A DNA stretch of 64,000 nucleotides, taken from contig OX597821.1 in the NCBI GenBank assembly GCA_951406725.2, positions 81,964,001 to 82,028,000 of the forward strand, read 5' to 3'. Below the pieces are notes generated by a model, which worked only from the letters and a program-made list of their open reading frames with translations, searched no databases and had not been told where the DNA came from. This document shows, piece after piece, positions 38,936 through 53,644 of the stretch (positions are counted from its first letter, which is position 1; each line of letters starts with the position of its first letter). A program made the position numbers and the translations under genes. Source of the stretch: Octopus vulgaris. Taxonomy: Eukaryota.

Positions 38936-40504
38936 ACCAAATGATTTAAAAGTTTTTAACCTCTAAACAAAGTTTCAGATGGCAATAGGTACTGGATAAT
39001 CTGAGGATGTACAATTAGTAAACAGGACTCACCAACTGTCTTGGTTCATATTGTTATTAAATCTATAATTATTTTTAATGCTTTTTTTCTCTTCTTTTAA
39101 TTGTTGTAGTCAGAAATAAGAGCATTACTCATAACCTTTGTCAGGGATTCTGAGATTGGGGAGGAGGAAATTATGCTCAGAATAGACACCTGGCTTGAAC
39201 ACTCAAAAACAGAGAGGGTCCCACTAAAAGTACTCAAGGGTTATATGGAAGTGTTAAACAGGTTGACTGAAAGCACACAAGGGCCACAAGAGTTAGCAAA
39301 ATATACTCAGGGACTAGATGGTGGTGTGCACTGAAGGGCTAAATGTTGGTGTTAAACAGGGCAACTAAAGAGAGCAAAGGGCTGGGTGATTGTGTTAAAT
39401 AGGCCAATAAATTGAATTTGCCACTCAAAGACAAGAAATGTCTCTCTCTGATTGGTTTCCACAACATTTCAGTTTATCAAATTTCACTCACAAAGCTTTG
39501 GTTGGTCTGAAGTTAAAGCAGGAGACACTTATCCAAGATTCTATACGGTGGAAATGAGCCTGAAACGATATAATTGCTAAATAAACTCCTTGACGAAATG
39601 GCCGTCATTCTTGTGTCCATTTTTGTTGGTTAGCTCTGATCATGCAAAACTATGATTAAGGATATTCTAGCCATGACTATATCGTGTTTGTATTTCAGAC
39701 AAAGTGTATCTAGAACAATATCATCTAGTTCTCAACCGGGCAGGGTCCATATGCCCCTTTGGGATCCAAATAAGATTTTATTGTTAAAATTTATGTGTAA
39801 TAGATTGCTTGTATTTCTACAACGCAAAAGATATTTGTATACAGTTGTTAATATTTCGTTATAAAAATATACAAGAGGATTTTTTTAAACATCAAATGGT
39901 TATGGGGGTCTACCAGAGTAAAACAGGAATCAAAAGGGCCCTCAGACAAAAGTGGTTGAAAACCACTCATCTAATGTAACTAATGTGACCTTTTTTTTAA
40001 AGTTAGTAGCATCTGGTATGAATCAAGTTTGGTTGCTATTTCTAGCAGATTAGGCTGTGGCAAGGTTTCTCTTACTGGTTGCATGTGGTTGTGGGTTTTT
40101 AATGACTCATTCTACATTGTGTTCAAGAAACACAGATCAGTCACTGCTAATTGTACATGTTTATTGACTACCAGTGATCCCTAGCATATAAGACACTGTG
40201 CCTTAACCCCTTCTCTTGATTATTTTATTTGTCATCTAGCATTTAGTATCCCTAGAACAATTAGTACTTCTTGGAGATTAACCCAATTTCCACGGTGCGT
40301 AAGTGACCAAGATCACAACACTCTCCATTGAATATAATGCCAAGTCATTGCAAAGCAGTCCATGGGTGATAGAAGTATTGAATTAAAAAAAGGTGGCTAA
40401 AGTTGTTTTGGGAAAGATGGTGGGTTTTCTTGCAGGGTTTTACCAAGTCAGCTACTGGACACCAAAGCATTAGTGAGTTACTGGTCAAAGAAGCAAGACA
40501 TTTT

Positions 40505-40735
40505 CATCATCCATCATCACCACCACCACCACCACCATCATCATCATCGTCGTTTAACGTCCGTTTTCCATGCTAGCATGGGTTGGACGGTTCAACCAGG
40601 GTCTGGTAAGCCAGGAGGCTGCACCAGGCTTCAGTCTGATCTGCCAGAGTTTCTACAGCTGGATGCCCTTCCTAACGCCAACCACTCCATGAGTGTAGTG
40701 GGTGCTTTTTAAGTGCCACCGGCACAGGGGCCAGA
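40505..40735 (-). mobile_element. (GAT)n-tailed element copy
   Basis: Reverse complement of the same terminus. Similar minus copies at ~13085, 15170, 15540, 22370, 25891, 34070 and 58967. Confidence 0.85.
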
Positions 40736-42073
40736 GGTGTGGCTGTCTGCTTTCAGAGATTGACATTGTGGTCAAGATAAGGTTCTAGACTGGAGGGGCA
40801 AAATGTAGGTGCATTTTCTTTAAGAAAGACTCATACTTTTATGAAGTAAATCTCATTTATACTTTTAAACTGTGTCCAAAATTCAGTTTAACATCCTTAA
40901 TAGATAATGAGCCTATGCGGGAACTTCTACATGTTGCTTGACCCGTTGGAAATAGCAGCCAAACCTTGCTCATATTAAAATAGGGAAGAACATGTTGAAT
41001 AATAAAGTCCTTGATGGTGGTTATGGTCTAATAAGGAGGACTCAGTTGTTTGGTCAACAAAATGACCCGTTCAAGAGTTTGTGTTTAAGTAGAAGAGTGT
41101 TCCACAAACACGAGTACCCTTAATATAATTCTCAAACAGAATCAGCCTGATAAGGTAGTACCCTTTGGATTATGGATAAAATCCACCTGATGGGCTTCTA
41201 TACAATTTCCATCAACCCAGTGTAACACAAAATATAAATCAACCCCAAAACTATAGAAAATGATATTTGTCCAAGGAAATCTTGCAGTAGGGCAGAAACT
41301 AGGATCTCATGGGTGTGAAGTGGATTTCTTAACTATCTGGCTATACTGCACCTACAGTTATATCTTACACTCACACACACGCACAGAGAGCAAGAAAGAA
41401 AAGAAAGAAAAGAGGGAAAAAGGAAATGAAGAACATATACTTCCTTCTAAAAGAAATCCCAAATGATCTTATTTTGTTAGATTGACAGATTAATAGATTT
41501 GTGAAATCTGATATAACTGTGAGAAATACGATGCCTCATCACCAACATTATCATTGCTGCCATCATTATTATTGTCAACATTATCATCATTATCAATGTC
41601 CACATCTATCACCATCATTACTATTATCATAATCCATAATCAATCCCTATTAAGATCATCATCGTCGTCGTCATCATCGTCATCATCATCATCGTTATCA
41701 TCATCATCATCATTATCATCATTATCATCATCGTCGTTATCATCAATATCTATAATTTGTTATTATCACCATTATCAACTTGATTCTTATCATTCATAAT
41801 TCATCATCAGTATCATCATCATTTACATCATTGTCACTGTCGCCATGATTATCATTGTCATCATCATTCATAATTCACAGTCATTATGAGCATCCATAAT
41901 TCATTATTGTTACCTTTATCACCATCCATAAATCATTATCGTCGTTGTCTTCATCAACACCATCATCATCATCATGATAATCAAGATCTCTCCCTAATTT
42001 CCTTCTTATTTTTACATCAGACAGAGGATTCGATTTTTCCACACATAAGATCCCAATTACTTTGGAATTAGTT

Positions 42074-42074
<1 letters not shown>

Positions 42075-42143
<69 letters not shown>

Positions 42144-42349
42144 ACACACATGCACACGCACACACTCACACACACACACACACACACAGACACAGACACA
42201 CACACACAGATTTATACTTATATGTATTATTATACATATATGTATATATATATCTATACATATCTCTATATATGTACAGATATATATATATATAGGTACA
42301 CACACACATACAGACACACATATATATGTATATATATGTATATGTATAT

Positions 42350-42433
<84 letters not shown>

Positions 42434-42469
42434 ATATGTGTGTATGTATGTGTGTGTGTGTGGATACAT

Positions 42470-42498
<29 letters not shown>
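42075..42498. repeat. (CA)n/(TA)n compound microsatellite
   Basis: Direct reading. Confidence 0.95.
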
Positions 42499-42501
<3 letters not shown>

Positions 42502-43204
42502 TGTTATGTTTATCCATACGTAGGTAGATAGACTTGTTAATACTCTAGTAAACCAATTGATTGGTTGGTTATTGTAGTGTGTGACAAGCAATAGAATGTA
42601 CAGGTGCCAGAGTTAATTATGAAATACAAGGTATTAGTGATATCAACAGTGTAGAATTTTGTCATACTTTGCACACACACACTCACAGACAAAGCTATCT
42701 GTATATGTATATACACACATAAATATTATCTACCTACCTAACTACATATATATATATATATGTATGTATAGCCATAATTAATCTCTGAGTGAGATGTAAA
42801 CAGTAGCAGCACATCATGAAGTATATTTGCCACCTAAATGTGGCTGACCCTTATGGGATAGTGATACTGTTGTTTGTAGCCCCAGGAAGACATCTCCTCC
42901 AGCTGGTTAACGACACACTGTCTGTGTCCAATCAGTATTTGTGAAGGGAAATCATCGTTTCCGTTTCTAGCCTTACATGATGCACACGGATCCGAGTTTA
43001 TAAATATATATGAATGTGTGTGTGTGTGTGTGTGTGCATGTGCATGCAGAAGTGGCTGTGTGGTAGGTAGCTTGCTTATCAACCATATGGTACCGGGTTC
43101 AGTTCCACTGCGTGACACCTTGGGCAAGTGTCTTCTACTATAGCCTCGGACCAACCAAAGCCTTGTGAGTGGATTTGGTAGACGGAAACTGAAAGAAACC
43201 CATC

Positions 43205-43245
<41 letters not shown>

Positions 43246-43694
43246 AAGGAAGTGAAGAACTTACATCTACACCCTTAAATTGAACAGCAATCATTATATA
43301 TTTTGTTAAACTTGACAGAAAAAAGAAGAGAAAGTGTTTACCCCACCTGTATAAATTCTTTCAGCTATAGGACCCTAATCAATTCCATTGATCTCAGTGC
43401 TTGACTGGAACTTATTTCCCTGACCCCCCAAAAGCGTGAAAGGCAAAATTGGCTTTGGTAGAATTTGAACCGAGGACATGAAGCCAGAAGAAGAACCACG
43501 AAGCATTTTGTCTGATGTGCTAATGATTCTGCCAGCTTTTCACTTTACTCCTCCTATACAACGGCTTCAAATTTTGGCACAAGGCCAGCAAGTTCAAGGG
43601 TGGGGGTAAGTCAATTACATTGTCCCCCAGAGCTCAACCCCCGAAAGGATGAAAGGTTAGGTTGACCTGGGTAGAATTTGAACTCGGAATGTAA

Positions 43695-44100
43695 AGGCTG
43701 TGTGATAAGAGGCTTGCTTCCCAACCACATGTTTCCAGGTTCAGCCCCACTGCATGGCGCCTTGAGCAAATGTCTTCTACTATAGCCTTGGGCCGACCAA
43801 AGTCTTGTGAGTGAGTGGATTTGGTAGACGGAAACTGAAAGAAGTTCGTTGTATATATGTATATATATATATGTATGCATATATTTGTGTATGTGTGTTT
43901 GTGCTTGTCCTCCTGCCATCGCTTGACAACCGATGTTGGTGCGTTTACGTCCCTGTAACTTAGCAATTTGGCAAAAGAGACTGTTAGAATAAGTACTAGG
44001 CTTACAAAGAATAAGTCTTAGGGTCAATTTGTTTGACTAAAGGCAGTGCTCCAGCATGGCCACGGTCAAATGATTGAAACAAGTAAATGACTAAATGACT
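43695..44100 (+). mobile_element. SINE type A nested in a type B SINE
   Basis: Head through tail present. Type B sequence (GAATTTGAACTCGGAATGTAAA...AAATGAAATACCACTAAGCA) resumes after it. Confidence 0.8.
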
Positions 44101-44138
44101 AAAACAAATGAAATACCACTAAGCAGTTTGCCCAGAGT

Positions 44139-44183
44139 ACCAATGGTACTCCACCAATGGTACTCCACCAATGGTACTCCACC
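44139..44183 (+). repeat. 14-bp tandem repeat x3
   Basis: ACCAATGGTACTCC repeated three times. Confidence 0.9.
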
Positions 44184-44572
44184 TTTGTAATAAGAGCATA
44201 AAAATCTCCCCAGTTTCCACATTGATGAGTGGAAAAACAATGTTGCTGTACCAGAAGATGCGGAAATATTTGGCTCACATCTTCACAAACCAGCAAAAGA
44301 AAAAAAATCAAAAAAATCTAAGAACTTCACTAACAGGATGGAAATATGGAGAAGAGATTTCACCAGTGAAAAATTCAAATTTTGTTAAATAAGGCGACTA
44401 AAAAAAAAAATGCAGTTTTTAGTATTCATATACAAACACTTGAAGATATATTTCATGGATTTTATTACACATTGCCATAGATGTACATGATATCATGATA
44501 TCAAACTCATATCACACTCAACAGTAAAACACTTGTTAGTGATATTCTGGAGTTTTGCAAAGAATTAAAAGA

Positions 44573-44617
<45 letters not shown>

Positions 44618-44974
44618 TATATATATACATACATATATACAAATATACATACATACAAACATACATACAAATGCCATACACATGAAATAGTCTTTTAAAA
44701 AAGTAAAGAAATGGAACTGCTGAAAATTAATCAGCCACTATGGTAATTAATTTATATCTTCTCATCTATCAACAAGCAAGCAATCCAATTTAACTATCTT
44801 AGATAAGATATTTCTACAAGCAGCCCAGCAGACAGCAAATATTGTAGTTAGAACTTTTAATGATATCAGCTTCTACAGAACTGAAATTGCTGGCAGACTG
44901 GAAGAGGGGAATAACTCTCAGATGGAATGAATTTGTTTGTTATATTGGCATGACAATAAAACTACTATATATTC

Positions 44975-45410
44975 TCTTATTCTTTTACTTGTTTCAGTCA
45001 TTTGACCACAGCCATGCTGGAGCATAGCTTTAAAGGATATTTTTTAGTTGCAGAAATTGACTGCAGAACTCATTCTTTGTAAACCTAATACCTTTTTCTA
45101 ATGTTCTCTTTTGCCAAACTGCTAAGTTATGGAGACGTGAGCACACCAACATTGATTGTTAAGCGATAATGGTGGACACACGTACACACACACACACAAA
45201 CACAGACACAAAAACACACATAGATATATACATAAATATATATATATATACAACAGGCTTCTTTCAGTTTCCGTCTACCAAATTCACTCACAAGGCTTTA
45301 GTCGTCCCAAGGCTATAACAAAAGACACTTGCCCAAGGTGCCGTGACTGAACCTGGAACCATGTGGTTGGGAAGCAAGCTTCTTACCACACAGCCATGCC
45401 TGCATCTATG
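44975..45410 (-). mobile_element. SINE type A
   Basis: Same head and tail in reverse. Confidence 0.8.
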
Positions 45411-45866
45411 AAAATAATAATAATAATCCTTTATACTATGGACAAAAGGCCTGAAGTTTTGGGAGAGGGGTCTAGTTGATTATATTAACCCCAGTGTTCA
45501 ACTGATACTTGTTTCATTGGCCCTAAAATGTTGAAAAGCATTATCAACTTCAACTGAATTTGAACTCAGAATATGAATGGGTGAAATTCTGCCAACCACT
45601 TTGTCTGGCATGCTAATGATTCTTCCACCTCACTGCCTCAATAATAATAATAATAATCCTTTCTATTATAGGCACAAGACCTGAAATTTTGTGGGAAGGG
45701 TAATAGCTGATTATATCGACCTTAGTGTTTCACTGGTACTAAATTGATCAACCTCGAAAGACAAAATCAACATTGGCGGAATTTGAACCCAGAATGTAAA
45801 GGTGGATGAAATGTTGCAAAGCATTTTGCCCCCAACTTGCTAACAATTCTGCCAGCTCACCACCTT

Positions 45867-45890
45867 AATAATAATAATAATAATAATAAC

Positions 45891-45946
<56 letters not shown>

Positions 45947-46055
45947 TAATAATAATGATGATAATGAGAAGAAGAAGAAGAAGAAGAAGAAGAAGAAGAA
46001 GAAGAAGAAGAAGAAGAAGAAGAAGAAGAAGAAGAAGAAGAAGAAGAAGAAGAAG
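45867..46055. repeat. (AAT)n followed by pure (AAG)n
   Basis: Direct reading. Confidence 0.95.
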
Positions 46056-46056
46056 A

Positions 46057-46545
46057 GTCCTTCCCTCCCACTTTATCTACTCTTATTTTGCACTCTCATG
46101 TACTCCTTCTGCTCACTCACCCTGTCCAATCCTTTGTACCACTCCACTTACATTCACTTCCTTGTACTGTGAAGGATCCCTATGGCACATCTTCACCACA
46201 ACCCCTCCCCCCAACTCTCTCTCTTCTGGCTGGGGTAGCCATGCATCTCCTCAGCAGCAAGACACCTATTTCTGTTCCTCTTTCACCGTTTAACCTCACA
46301 TCACTTGGCACTAATCCTCTTCGGTACTAATCCCCTTCTCAGCTGAGGGATCTTTGTCTTGTAAATTAGTACGTAGTGATCTTGCCAGTATTGGTGCATA
46401 AAAAGCACCCAGTACACTCTGTAAAGTGGTTGGCATTAGGAAGGGCGACCAGCCATAGAAACCAAAACACACAGTAGAACTTGGCACAATCCTTTGACTG
46501 GAAAACAGAGGTTAAATGATGATGACGATGATGATGATGGTAATG
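46057..46545 (+). mobile_element. Longer pyrimidine-rich LINE-like 3'UTR ending in the (GAT)n-tailed terminus
   Basis: C/T-rich body (CTGGGGTAGCCATGCATCTCC...GAGGGATCTTTGTCTTGT) homologous to 63620-64000, followed by the shared terminus. This suggests the terminus is a LINE 3' end (RTE by inference). Confidence 0.6.
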
Positions 46546-47204
46546 ATGAATCCTTACGGTTATCGGCAGAAGGTCTGAAATTTTGATACTTATTTCATCA
46601 AACTCAAAAGAAGGAAAGCCTTGGTCAAACTTGGTGGAATTTGGTTTTGGAAGGAAAAGATGGAAGAAATGCCAAGAAGCATTTAGTCCAACATGCTAAC
46701 AATTCTGCCAGTTTGCCACCTTACAATTATTTCTGTTATAAGCAGAAGGTCTGAAATGTTGGAGGAGGGGGCTAGTTGATTACACCGACCCTTTGTGCTT
46801 GACTGGTACTTATTTCATATCCTCAAAAAGATGAAAGCCAAAATTATACGAGGAAGATGATATTAGTGAAAGACATTAAACAATATAAAGATAGATGAAT
46901 TAAAATTTATAAAGAATTCCAACAAAACCTGAGTTAAAAGAATAATAATAATGATGATGATGATAATGATGCTGATGATGACGATGATGATGATAATAAT
47001 GATCTTTTCTACTATTGGCATAAAGTTTAAAATTTTGTGAGGGTGGGGCTAGTAATTACATTAATCCCAGTACTTGACTGGTATTTATTTTATCGACCCC
47101 GAAAGGTTGAAAGACAAAGTCAGCTTTGAACTCAGAACACGAAGACAAATGAAATACCACTAAGCATTTTGTTCAGCATGGTTACAAGCCTGCCCTCTGC
47201 CATC

Positions 47205-47259
<55 letters not shown>

Positions 47260-48014
47260 TAACAATAATAATAATCCTTTCTACTATAGGCACAAGGCCT
47301 GAAATTTTTTTGGGAAGTGTTTGTCGATTACACCAACCCTAGTGCTCAGCTGGTACTTATGTTATTGACCTCAAAAGGGTGAAAGGCAAAGTCAACCCCA
47401 GGAGAATTTGAACTCAAAAAGTAAAGACAAATGAAATGCCACTAAGCCTTTTGGCCAGCCTGCTAATGATTCTTCAACTTGCTAGAGAGGGATTCTTTGG
47501 GGTTTGAATAATTAAATCGTGGAAACAGGGATGTTTGGTTCATCGTCCCTAAACAACCCTTATTGAGGAACTCTTTGAGCAAGATAAACTACTTGACCTA
47601 AAGAAAATTCCAACTGGGCCCCACCTGCATGGTCATGTGCTGTTTATCTTGATATGAGGTCACTAGGTCACGCACATCTGGTTGTGCTGCAGGTACCTGG
47701 CGTACACTTATCAGATGGGTAGTCATGACGGGTATATTGGGTTTTGTATATTTGTACCCCAGTATCATTTTAATGGCATGCACTGCTTTCTGACTCAATG
47801 ATAATAACGATAATAGTCAAAGACAGTTTTCACATGTCTTTCGAATACTTTTTGTTTTCATGTAGTAATAATAATTGAAAATAAAATATTAAATTGATTA
47901 AAGCCAAAGAAAACAAAACAACAATAAATAAAGAAAAAATGACAAAAACCTGAAAAATAAATGTAAATTAAAGAATACTCCTCCCCCACCATATATATGT
48001 ATATACATATTTTC

Positions 48015-48047
<33 letters not shown>

Positions 48048-48293
48048 GATATAGATATATATAGATATAGATATATATAAATATATATACATACATATAT
48101 CTGTGTGTGTGTGTATATGTATGTTTGTATATATGTAAATTTTTAGGAAAAAAGACATTTTTGAAATACTGTAGACAGACATCTGAGAATATCTTGTCAT
48201 AGTGCATGGTTAACTTCTTGGGCTGATAAAATATATATTTTTCTATCTGCTCACTAATATCAGATCAAATGAGAATAAAAAAAAAATACAAAA

Positions 48294-48322
48294 TAGTAAT
48301 GATAATAATAATAATAATAATG

Positions 48323-48382
<60 letters not shown>

Positions 48383-48403
48383 GTAGTAATAATAATAATG
48401 ATG

Positions 48404-48485
<82 letters not shown>

Positions 48486-48541
48486 TAATAATAATAATAG
48501 TAGTAGTAATAATAATGATGATGATGATGATGATGATGATG
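48294..48541. repeat. (AAT)n microsatellite, ~250 bp
   Basis: Direct reading. Confidence 0.95.
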
Positions 48542-48667
48542 TGTTTCAGTAAGCAAAAAGCTATCATATTATTATGAAGTCAATCAAAAGGAATTGTGTC
48601 ATTCTTGAGGAAAATAAAAATAGGAGGTTATAAGAGGGAATGTGTATATGAATGCAAGGGGAGAGAA

Positions 48668-48720
<53 letters not shown>

Positions 48721-49315
48721 GTATTTAAACCAGGACATCACAGTGAAATATTATTTAATAAATAGATAAATAATATTCTAAAGACATATTTGTAAATCAA
48801 TTTCTTAGAGAACAAATTGAAGTCTTGAGGAACTCGTTAGAAAGCAATCAAAGCCAACTTATTAATATATTGATTTTTGATGAGGTTATTATTATTTTTG
48901 TTTTATGTGTGTTTTGTGTAAGTAATTTTCTGTTTTATGATTTATTTATCTATTAATTTATTTTTTTCACCTCTTTTTTATTATTTATTTATATATTTTT
49001 ACTGTTTTGTTCTTTAATGGAGATTTCTTTGCTACCAATTGAATCTTACCAAATATTGGATTGATTTGTTTGATCAGGTGAGGTAGGGAGGGAAGGTGGG
49101 TGGGAAGAAGGGAGGGAAGAGAGTGAGAAAGAGAGAGAAAGAGAGAGAGAGAGAGTGAAAGAGAGAGAGAGAGTGAAAGAGAGAGAGAGAGTGAAAGAGA
49201 GAGAGAGAGAGAAAGAAAGAAAGAGAGATATTCATAACCAAACATTGGGTGCCAGAAGACACAAATGACATCTGAATGAAGAATTTTCTTCAGCTTCATA
49301 TCAACCTCAGTAACA

Positions 49316-49317
<2 letters not shown>

Positions 49318-49386
<69 letters not shown>
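49318..49386. repeat. Pure (AGC)n tract, ~23 units
   Basis: Direct reading. No splice or ORF context supports polyQ coding. Confidence 0.95.
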
Positions 49387-49726
49387 TCAGATTGGGATCA
49401 TCGCCCTCCCACTCCCCCCACCTTCTGTCCATTTTTCCAAGCCAGCAGAAATTGGACAGGTCTGCCATTTTACAGTATCTTTCGACATTTACCATTATTT
49501 ATCATCTCTCCCTATTGTAGTGCAGGTGTGGCTGTGTGGTTAAGAAGTTTGCTTCTCAGCCACATGGCTTTGGGTTCGTTCCCACTGTATGGTAACTTGG
49601 GCGATTATCTTGTACTATAGATCCAGGCTGACCAAAGTAGATTTGGTAGACAGAAATTGAAAGAAGTCCATTGTAAATACACACACACACATATTTATAT
49701 ATATATTTATTTATATATATATACAT

Positions 49727-49761
<35 letters not shown>

Positions 49762-49908
49762 CTCATTATCTTTTATTAAACTTTTAATACTTTTGATATA
49801 TATTTAAAATAATATAAATTAATTAATTTTATGTATTGGCTTATGTTTTTAATTGTTTGATTTGCCTAATAGTGGTTTTATCTCTAATTTAATATAATAT
49901 ATATGTAT

Positions 49909-49959
<51 letters not shown>

Positions 49960-50030
49960 TAAATGTATATACATATGTATAAATATAAATGTATATACAT
50001 ATGTAAATGTATATATGTGTGTGTGTGAGA

Positions 50031-50445
50031 AAATAACTTATATAACTTAGATTGGTTTTGGCCATTATCAGCCCAGGCCATGATTAACTCAATAGCACCA
50101 CCTGGAAAAGACTTTTAATTAATTAATTCAGGACACTATGGACCACTCAAGCAGGGAGTTGTTGGCTGAGACATATCCAGGTGTAGGTGGTTTATCTGGT
50201 ATTTCCTGGAGGAATTTGTCCAGGTACCTTTTGAAAGTTGTGGGGTCTTTTTATACTTTAATTTCTTTCGGGATAACATATAAAAAAACAGGACCATTTG
50301 AAGTGAATAAATTGTGCTGCAATGCTGTTATGTGATGTGATCTTGACCTTTGTAAGAAGCGCATTGCACGGGGACCTAGTCTTGGGTGAACTGTAAACTT
50401 AATAGCGTTATAATTTGGATAATATTGATGGAATATTTTCCCCAT
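50031..50445 (-). mobile_element. CR1/L2-group LINE 3' end (different family)
   Basis: ...IKFTVHPRLGPRA...HNLFTSNGPVFLYVIPKEIK, then after an in-frame TAA stop KDPTTFKRYLDKFLQEIPDKPPTPGYVSANNSLLEW. This FK..LD.FL..IPD.P..PGY....NSL terminus is typical of invertebrate CR1-group ORF2. Confidence 0.75.
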
Positions 50446-50451
50446 ATATAT

Positions 50452-50452
<1 letters not shown>

Positions 50453-50484
<32 letters not shown>

Positions 50485-51510
50485 GTTTAACGTCCGTTTT
50501 CCGCGCTAGCACGGGTTGGACGGTTTGACCGGGGTCTGGGAAGCCAGGAGGCTGCACCAGGCTCCAGTCTGATCTGGCAGAGTTTCTACAGCTGGATGCC
50601 CTTCCTAACGCCAACCACTCCGTGAGTGTAGTGGGTGCTTTTTACGTGCCACCTGCACAGGTGCCAGGGTGGGTCTGGCATCGGTCACGATCGGTTCGAG
50701 CTTTTAACGTGCCAGCGGCATGGAAGCCAGCCAAGGCGGTGCTGGCATCGGCCACATTCGGATGGTGCTTTTTGGGGGTGCAGGTAATATAGGGAAGCAC
50801 CAGTGGGGAGGGTTGGGGTAAGGAGGAACGATGACAGCTAGGGTTGATGCAGGTTCGTAGGAAATAAAACGTAGGTAATCACGAGTGGGGGAGGGGACTG
50901 GAAGGAGATAGCCGGTTGAGGCAGTGACAGATTCAATAACAGGAGGAAACGTAGGATAAGTGGGGCGGTTGATGAGCTGTGGCGCTAGCTGCTTGTCTTG
51001 GTGGTGGGGGGGGGGTAATACACAGTGAAAGCATGTGAGGAGGAGGGGTAGGAGGGAGAGACACACATAATGGTGGGGGGGGGAGGGCATATCCGGTGTA
51101 GATGGTGTGAACAGTGAGAACAGTGTTCACCGGTATTGGTGGTGGGCGTGGGGAAGGGCGGGCGCACCGCGAATGGTGAAGATCGAATTAAAGGATTGAA
51201 GGTACTTTAGAGAAACGGGCGGGAAATGGCAATGTTTTTTGGGGTAGCATAGAGAAAGAAAAAGGAAAGCAAAGCACGTTGGTGGTATAAGTTCAAAACA
51301 TTTAAACGGTAGGCAAATGTATGTATGTATGAAAAAGAAGGGAGAAATCTTAGCTTGCTTATAGACATCGCTGTGAATCGGAGAAGAAATGATGGTGAAG
51401 ATCGAATTAAAGGATTGAAGGTACTTTAGAAAAACGGGCGGGAAATGGCAATGTTTTTTTGGGTAGCATAGAGAAAGAAAAAGGAAAGCAAAGCACGTTG
51501 GTGGTATAAG
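50453..51510 (-). mobile_element. Young CpG-rich composite insert: (GAT)n-tailed terminus + G-rich segment + 119-bp direct repeat
   Basis: Terminus at 50453-50775, nearly intact. 51173-51291 and 51392-51510 are 117/119 identical. TA runs at both outer ends. Confidence 0.65.
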
Positions 51511-52174
51511 ATATATATATATATATTAAGATGATAGATAGATAGATAAATAGTTGTGTATGAGTGTGAGTGTGTATATGTTTGTGTTTCCTTGTCTTGG
51601 CATCATGTGATTGTTGTAAATGAGTGTTACTGTCAGACAAGCAGTATCATTGACTTCCAATATTCTGACAAAGCATGTCCCGGCCATGAGAAAATATTAC
51701 CTTGCTTTGAAACATGTGAGGGTTGGCAACAAGAAGGGCATCCAGCTGTAAAAACTCTGCCTCAATAAAAGCCATTTGACTCATGTAAGTATAAAAAAGT
51801 AGATGTTAAAATGATGACGATGACAACGTAGATGATGACGATGGTGGTGATGATGACAATGATGACGACGATGACAATGACACTGGTTCAATCCATCGTA
51901 TGCATCTCGTGCCCATACCAGCACAGTTTTTTTTCTCTTGTACTCTGTATTTGATTCCTCTTATACAGAGTTTTATTTCCTCAGCTCATTTGTCCTTCAT
52001 CATTCAGAAAGACAATATCAAGCAAAACATGTGCACCTCATTGCTTTCCAATTTTATACGTCATCCACGTTCATTGCCTGCTGCTCAGTCATGTAACATG
52101 ACATTTCATACTTAAGAATCCTACAATTTGACCTTCACCTGAAAGACGCACACACACACTCCTGCATACATGCA

Positions 52175-52215
<41 letters not shown>

Positions 52216-53230
52216 ACACACACACATATGCATACACACAGGCATGCACATACATAGATGCAAACACACACACACACAGAAATGCACACGCTCACAAACA
52301 CACACACATATATGTGTATATAGGCACACATATGCACATGTGTGTGCATGTACACATGCATTCACACACACACATACACACACACAAGAAACACAATCGC
52401 AAAAATACACGCACACGCACACACAGACTGGCATGTACACATACACACATGAACTAAGGTTTCTACATAGGTTTTGTCTACCAAATTCTGCTCCCAAGAT
52501 ATTTCTCGACTTGAGGTCATGTTAGAAAACACATATCTGTGATAGTGCACAATAGGACTGAACCATGAACCACACAGAAGAAAAGGAATTTTCTTAACCA
52601 CACAGCTATGCCTCTGCCTGTCTATACAAGATCCTTTACATGGTACAGATACCCAATATAGAAAAGATTGTTGAGCAATGTATAACACTCCCCAAATGTC
52701 AGGTATTGTAATTAGCTCCCAACAGCACTCTTCTGTTGGTGCTGTGGGGAATTGTAGACTAACAACCATTATCTCTTATCTAGCAAACAGTGCACACCTA
52801 TCCGCAAATAGATTCAAAAGATGCTGGTGCTGCACATGTCCTGTTGTATGTTCTGCAACTGTCTCTGCTTAACAGATTATTGTTGAAACACCTGTCTGTC
52901 TTACAAAGAATGCATCAAGGTAACAAGGTGTTATTTCGATGTGAATCTGATACTCAGATAAAACTACATCAGATTATCACTGCAGCACCTGTCTAAACCT
53001 AGAATGCAAAAGGATGTCAAGATACAGCTGCAACATCTATCTAGGTCTGACATAGACTGTGTCAGGATATGAGGATACTATTGTCACACTTTCAGGGCAT
53101 CTATACAAAATATCAGGGTACTATTCCAACACTGACCTTGTATGGAAATATGTGCATGAGAATCTCTATGTATCTGCACAATAGTTGACAGGGTTTGAAA
53201 CAGATTTCAGGGTATCTCTCTTTTATCTCT

Positions 53231-53633
53231 CTCTTTTACTTGTTTCAGTCATTTGACTGTGGCCATGCTGGAGCACCACCTTTAGTCGAGCAAATCGACA
53301 CCGGAACTTATTCTTCGTAAGCCCAGTACTTATTCTATCGGTCTCTTTTTTGCCGAACCGCTAAGTGACAGAGACGTAAACACACCAGCATCGGTTGTCA
53401 AGCAATGCTAGGGGGACAAACACAGACACACAAACACACATATATACATATATATATATATACATATATACGACAGGCTTCTTTCAGTTTCCGTCTACCA
53501 AATCCACTCACAAGGCATTGGTTGGCCCGGGGCTATAGCAGAAGACACTTGCCTAAGATGCCACGTGGTGGGACTGAACCCGGAACCATGTGGTTGGTTA
53601 GCAAGCTACTTACCACACAGCCACTCCTGCGCC
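53231..53633 (-). mobile_element. Full-length tRNA-derived SINE type A (CORE-like segment, internal TA/TG microsatellite)
   Basis: Head GGCGCAGGAGTGGCTGTGTGGTAAG (A box) ... GGGTTCAGTCCC (B box), then a CORE-like segment (GCACCTTGGGCAAGTG in other copies), a microsatellite and the tail CCAGCATGGCCACAGTCAAATGACTGAAACAAGTAAAAGAG. About 20 full or partial copies in the window. Confidence 0.9.
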
Positions 53634-53644
53634 TAACATTTGTC

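Larger units (their letters stand above)
45415..47480 (-). mobile_element. Cluster of at least six type B SINE copies separated by (AAT)n/(GAT)n
   Basis: Repeated blocks AATCCTTTCTACTATAGGCACAAGGCCTGAAATTTT...TGCTAA(C/T)(A/G)ATTCTGCCA at ~45425, 45655, 46550, 46725, 47000 and 47273, all in the same orientation. Confidence 0.8.

Noticed and set aside
39033-39062. Minus-strand 30-nt exon candidate (…MNQDS, donor GTGAGT)
   Set aside because: Ends in phase 2 and would create TGA if joined to the 33539 acceptor. Incompatible with the phase-0 C1 exon.
49318-49386. PolyQ/polyA/polyS coding tract
   Set aside because: No splice sites or coding context, and the surrounding frames are non-protein-like.
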